From Rhina ancylostomus (taxonomy: Eukaryota): a DNA stretch of 64,000 bases. Both the position numbers and the translations under genes were made by a program. The first letter of the stretch is position 1. Each line of letters opens with the position of its first letter. Under the pieces are notes generated by a model, which saw only the letters and a program-made list of their open reading frames with translations, was not told the origin of the DNA and made no database searches. Positions 61,501 through 64,000 of the stretch are shown here, one piece after another. The stretch is from positions 4,273,616-4,337,615 of the forward strand of contig JARFYF010000057.1 in the NCBI GenBank assembly GCA_030265395.1, given 5' to 3'.

Positions 61501-64000
61501 ATAATAAAAGCACGGGCTGTCCTGCAGAGCGGAGTGATGCCCAGCAAACGTTATGAGGTTGGCATAAGAATAGCCAATAAAATTGTCTCTTGAAAAGATG
61601 TCCTGGGGCCTCAGGAGGAAAGGAAAGTGTTTAAAAATGGATGGAGAACAACAATTTATGCCCGAAGCTCGAAATTTCTACAGCGAAATCAAAGATAAAC
61701 CCACTCGTGGTTTAATTGGTCGGCAGGCAACTCAGGAGACCTTTATAATCTGAGACATTTCAAGTCAGATTTGTGTAACAGTTTCAAATCGATTGAATTG
61801 CCTCATTACGGGTGGGATTTCTCCATTAATTCATTGAACACCCTGTCCTTCACCAGCCCAAGAACCCACTCCTGGCGCCAACAAACGCGCACACAACCAA
61901 CGCCGCGGGTTAAACAGTTAGCGGAGGTCTTCCTTCGCCCCTGTGAGGGAGAAGGGGGCAATGATGGAACCATTAGTTTTTAACCATTTGTCTATAGAGT
62001 AACAACACCGAGGCTTATCAATGGAAAGGTCAATAAACAAGGAATTTCAAATTTGACATGCAGTTGTAATTCCGCTAGTGGAATATATTGCAGAATATTA
62101 GTTTTTTCTTAATCACAATTGAATGCAATTTTTTTTCAGATTAGAAATTATATTTCTCGGAAATTGAATTCAGAAACAAAACCTCGCGCCGTTTTCAAGG
62201 CCAGTCCTCGATGTTGCCTGCTGTATAATTTAAACAACGTTTTTAATGAAAGAGTTTCGGATTAAATAAACAGGCTGCTGGCCGCCGGCTGTGTTATTCA
62301 AACCTGGGGTCAGGGTTTGACATTTTGCCGCTTTGGTTCTCTCCTAAAAACTAAGACTAGCATAGACGATGTTTTCAGTTGGGATCTGTCAAAACTGTGC
62401 ATCTCAAGGTCTCGGCCAAACATTAATCTGCTTCCTCTGGGACTTTGCTCACAACATATTTCTCAGTTTATTTATTTTAATCCGAGGAATTTCCAATGAC
62501 AATCTGCAATCAACAATGATTAGGGGTCTTCATGAGAAAACCCCATATTCTATTTACCCTCCCAATAACAATGCGAATTCTTAAACGCAAACACAAAAAG
62601 GGGACATGTTCTTTAAAAGGCCACCCTACTGCTTACTATAGTTATGGCCGGACAATTTAATCACAGATTATTTCTCGATTATCAGTTTCCTGGCCACTTA
62701 TTTGCACGTCCCCTCTATCCTCGTCTACAACCCCTTGCTGACCATCACATTTTTATGAATTTTATAATTTGCAGTACAAATTACAAAATGTACCTTTAAC
62801 CTACAGTAGGGTTAACAAAATGAGAACTAAGACTGTAATCTTTCAAAGGGAACTATTTTGATGATTCCTGAAATTTTATTACTCCATTAAAGTGTTAAAA
62901 AGTTAAGAAAACTCATGCAAACATACCGACCTGAAACATTAACTGGTTCCCTCTCCACAGAGGCTGCCTGACCTGCAGATTCTTCCTCCCGTTGTTTTTT
63001 ATATTGCACTAAGCTTTCTAGTCTGTTGAAAATCCTCTCATTTTAATTTTACAGAACATCCTGCTATTGTCAGAATCAAATAAAAAAGATCAAATGATTT
63101 ACTGAAAGAACAGTTATCAATATCCGTCAAGGAAATATTAAGTGCAATGCAAGGCTTTCCAGATGGATTGCCAACGAAATTTGCATATACAATCAAATTT
63201 TACCATGGAAAATTAATTTGAAAAATACAATCTTACCTGAAGCAATCCTGGAGTTAAAAAAACTTAAATAATGAGGAACACTACCATGCTGTTTGCACGT
63301 CAACCCAACTATGGGGGCGTGAACAGGTCGGGGCGGACGAACATGCATTGCCATCAGAGTAGGATGTGTGATGGCTTTATAAAAATCAAACAAAAACCTA
63401 TTCTAATTTGAACAAAAGAGTGCTGGAAATACCTCGAGAGCATGGTTTCTTTTGTGAAGAACTCTCTGCTGGAGGAGCTGGTTGTAGCCGCGGTCTCATT
63501 TCCTTCATGGTGATGTGACAGGGAGCAGTCTTTCTCCAAGCTTTTTATAGCTGGAGGTTTAACTAAAGGGAGGAGCAACTGGAAGAGCCAACCTTATCCC
63601 TGTCACTTATCCGCTTCAGAGTTACATCAGGAACAGCCGCATCTGTTTCAAAAATAAACAAGATTAGAATCACCTTTCGTCTCACCTTCGACGTATTTTT
63701 GTAATGCTTTTTGCTTACCGTTTTTTTTAAAGGGGGAGCAACTTTTACAATTCTCACAAAGAACAAAAAAAACCCTTGACATTTAAGTAACCGTTCATAT
63801 AGGGCCCCTTGGAGAGAAACGATCTGTCAAAAGGCGAGGAGAACTTTGATCAGACTAGGAGAGGATTGAGTCAACACACGGAAACGTTGAAGAGGGGTTG
63901 AAGGGAAGGGCAAGGGAATTCTGAACTTCGCATTGTGACTGAGCCCAGGGGTTGTTTTCATTTTCCAGGCAAGGTACGGCGATAGGAAAGGTTGAGGGTT
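58600..64000. promoter_or_regulatory. CpG-retaining, repeat-poor domain, probably regulatory DNA of a developmental locus beyond the window
   Basis: Clear rise in CpG frequency without high GC, few repeats, and several CAATAAA/TAAT homeodomain-type motifs. Confidence 0.5.
60390..60870 (-). mobile_element. Very old CR1 3' fragment
   Basis: CCCCAAATACAGTACTCCAGTTGTGG (reversed PQLEYC), TTTTAAACAATCTCCATTT, TCCAAAATGTATCACTTTACATTT (KCKVIHFG). Confidence 0.7.

Noticed and set aside
10180-64000. Idea that this is the Lnpk-Evx2/HoxD interval or a similar named locus
   Set aside because: The layout is compatible, but I found no coding exon or recognisable conserved element that supports any gene name.

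Overview
Vertebrate genomic DNA, almost certainly from a cartilaginous fish (shark or ray), judged from its repeat content: HE1-like V-SINEs, SacSINE1/DeuSINE-like elements, and CR1, L2, Rex1, RTE, Gypsy and Penelope-like elements. The assembly is fragmented, with many N gaps. I find no protein-coding gene I can name; nearly all recognisable ORF fragments are decayed retroelements. Non-repeat structure: (1) a CpG-island promoter and 5' exon at ~10.2-11.1 kb, transcribed leftwards, with a GC-rich minisatellite; (2) a second CpG island at ~30.6-31.6 kb with a chain of minus-strand splice sites (spliced lncRNA or a 109-aa orphan ORF); (3) a CpG-retaining, homeodomain-motif-rich domain from ~58.6 kb to the end. 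The most notable signals are about 15 Penelope-derived short repeats that carry decayed minimal hammerhead-ribozyme motifs and often occur as inverted pairs, a V-SINE head found with two different LINE tails (CR1 and Rex1), and an isolated 81-nt near-perfect hairpin at 40.5 kb. Repeat boundaries are approximate, and family names come from motif recognition, not database searches.
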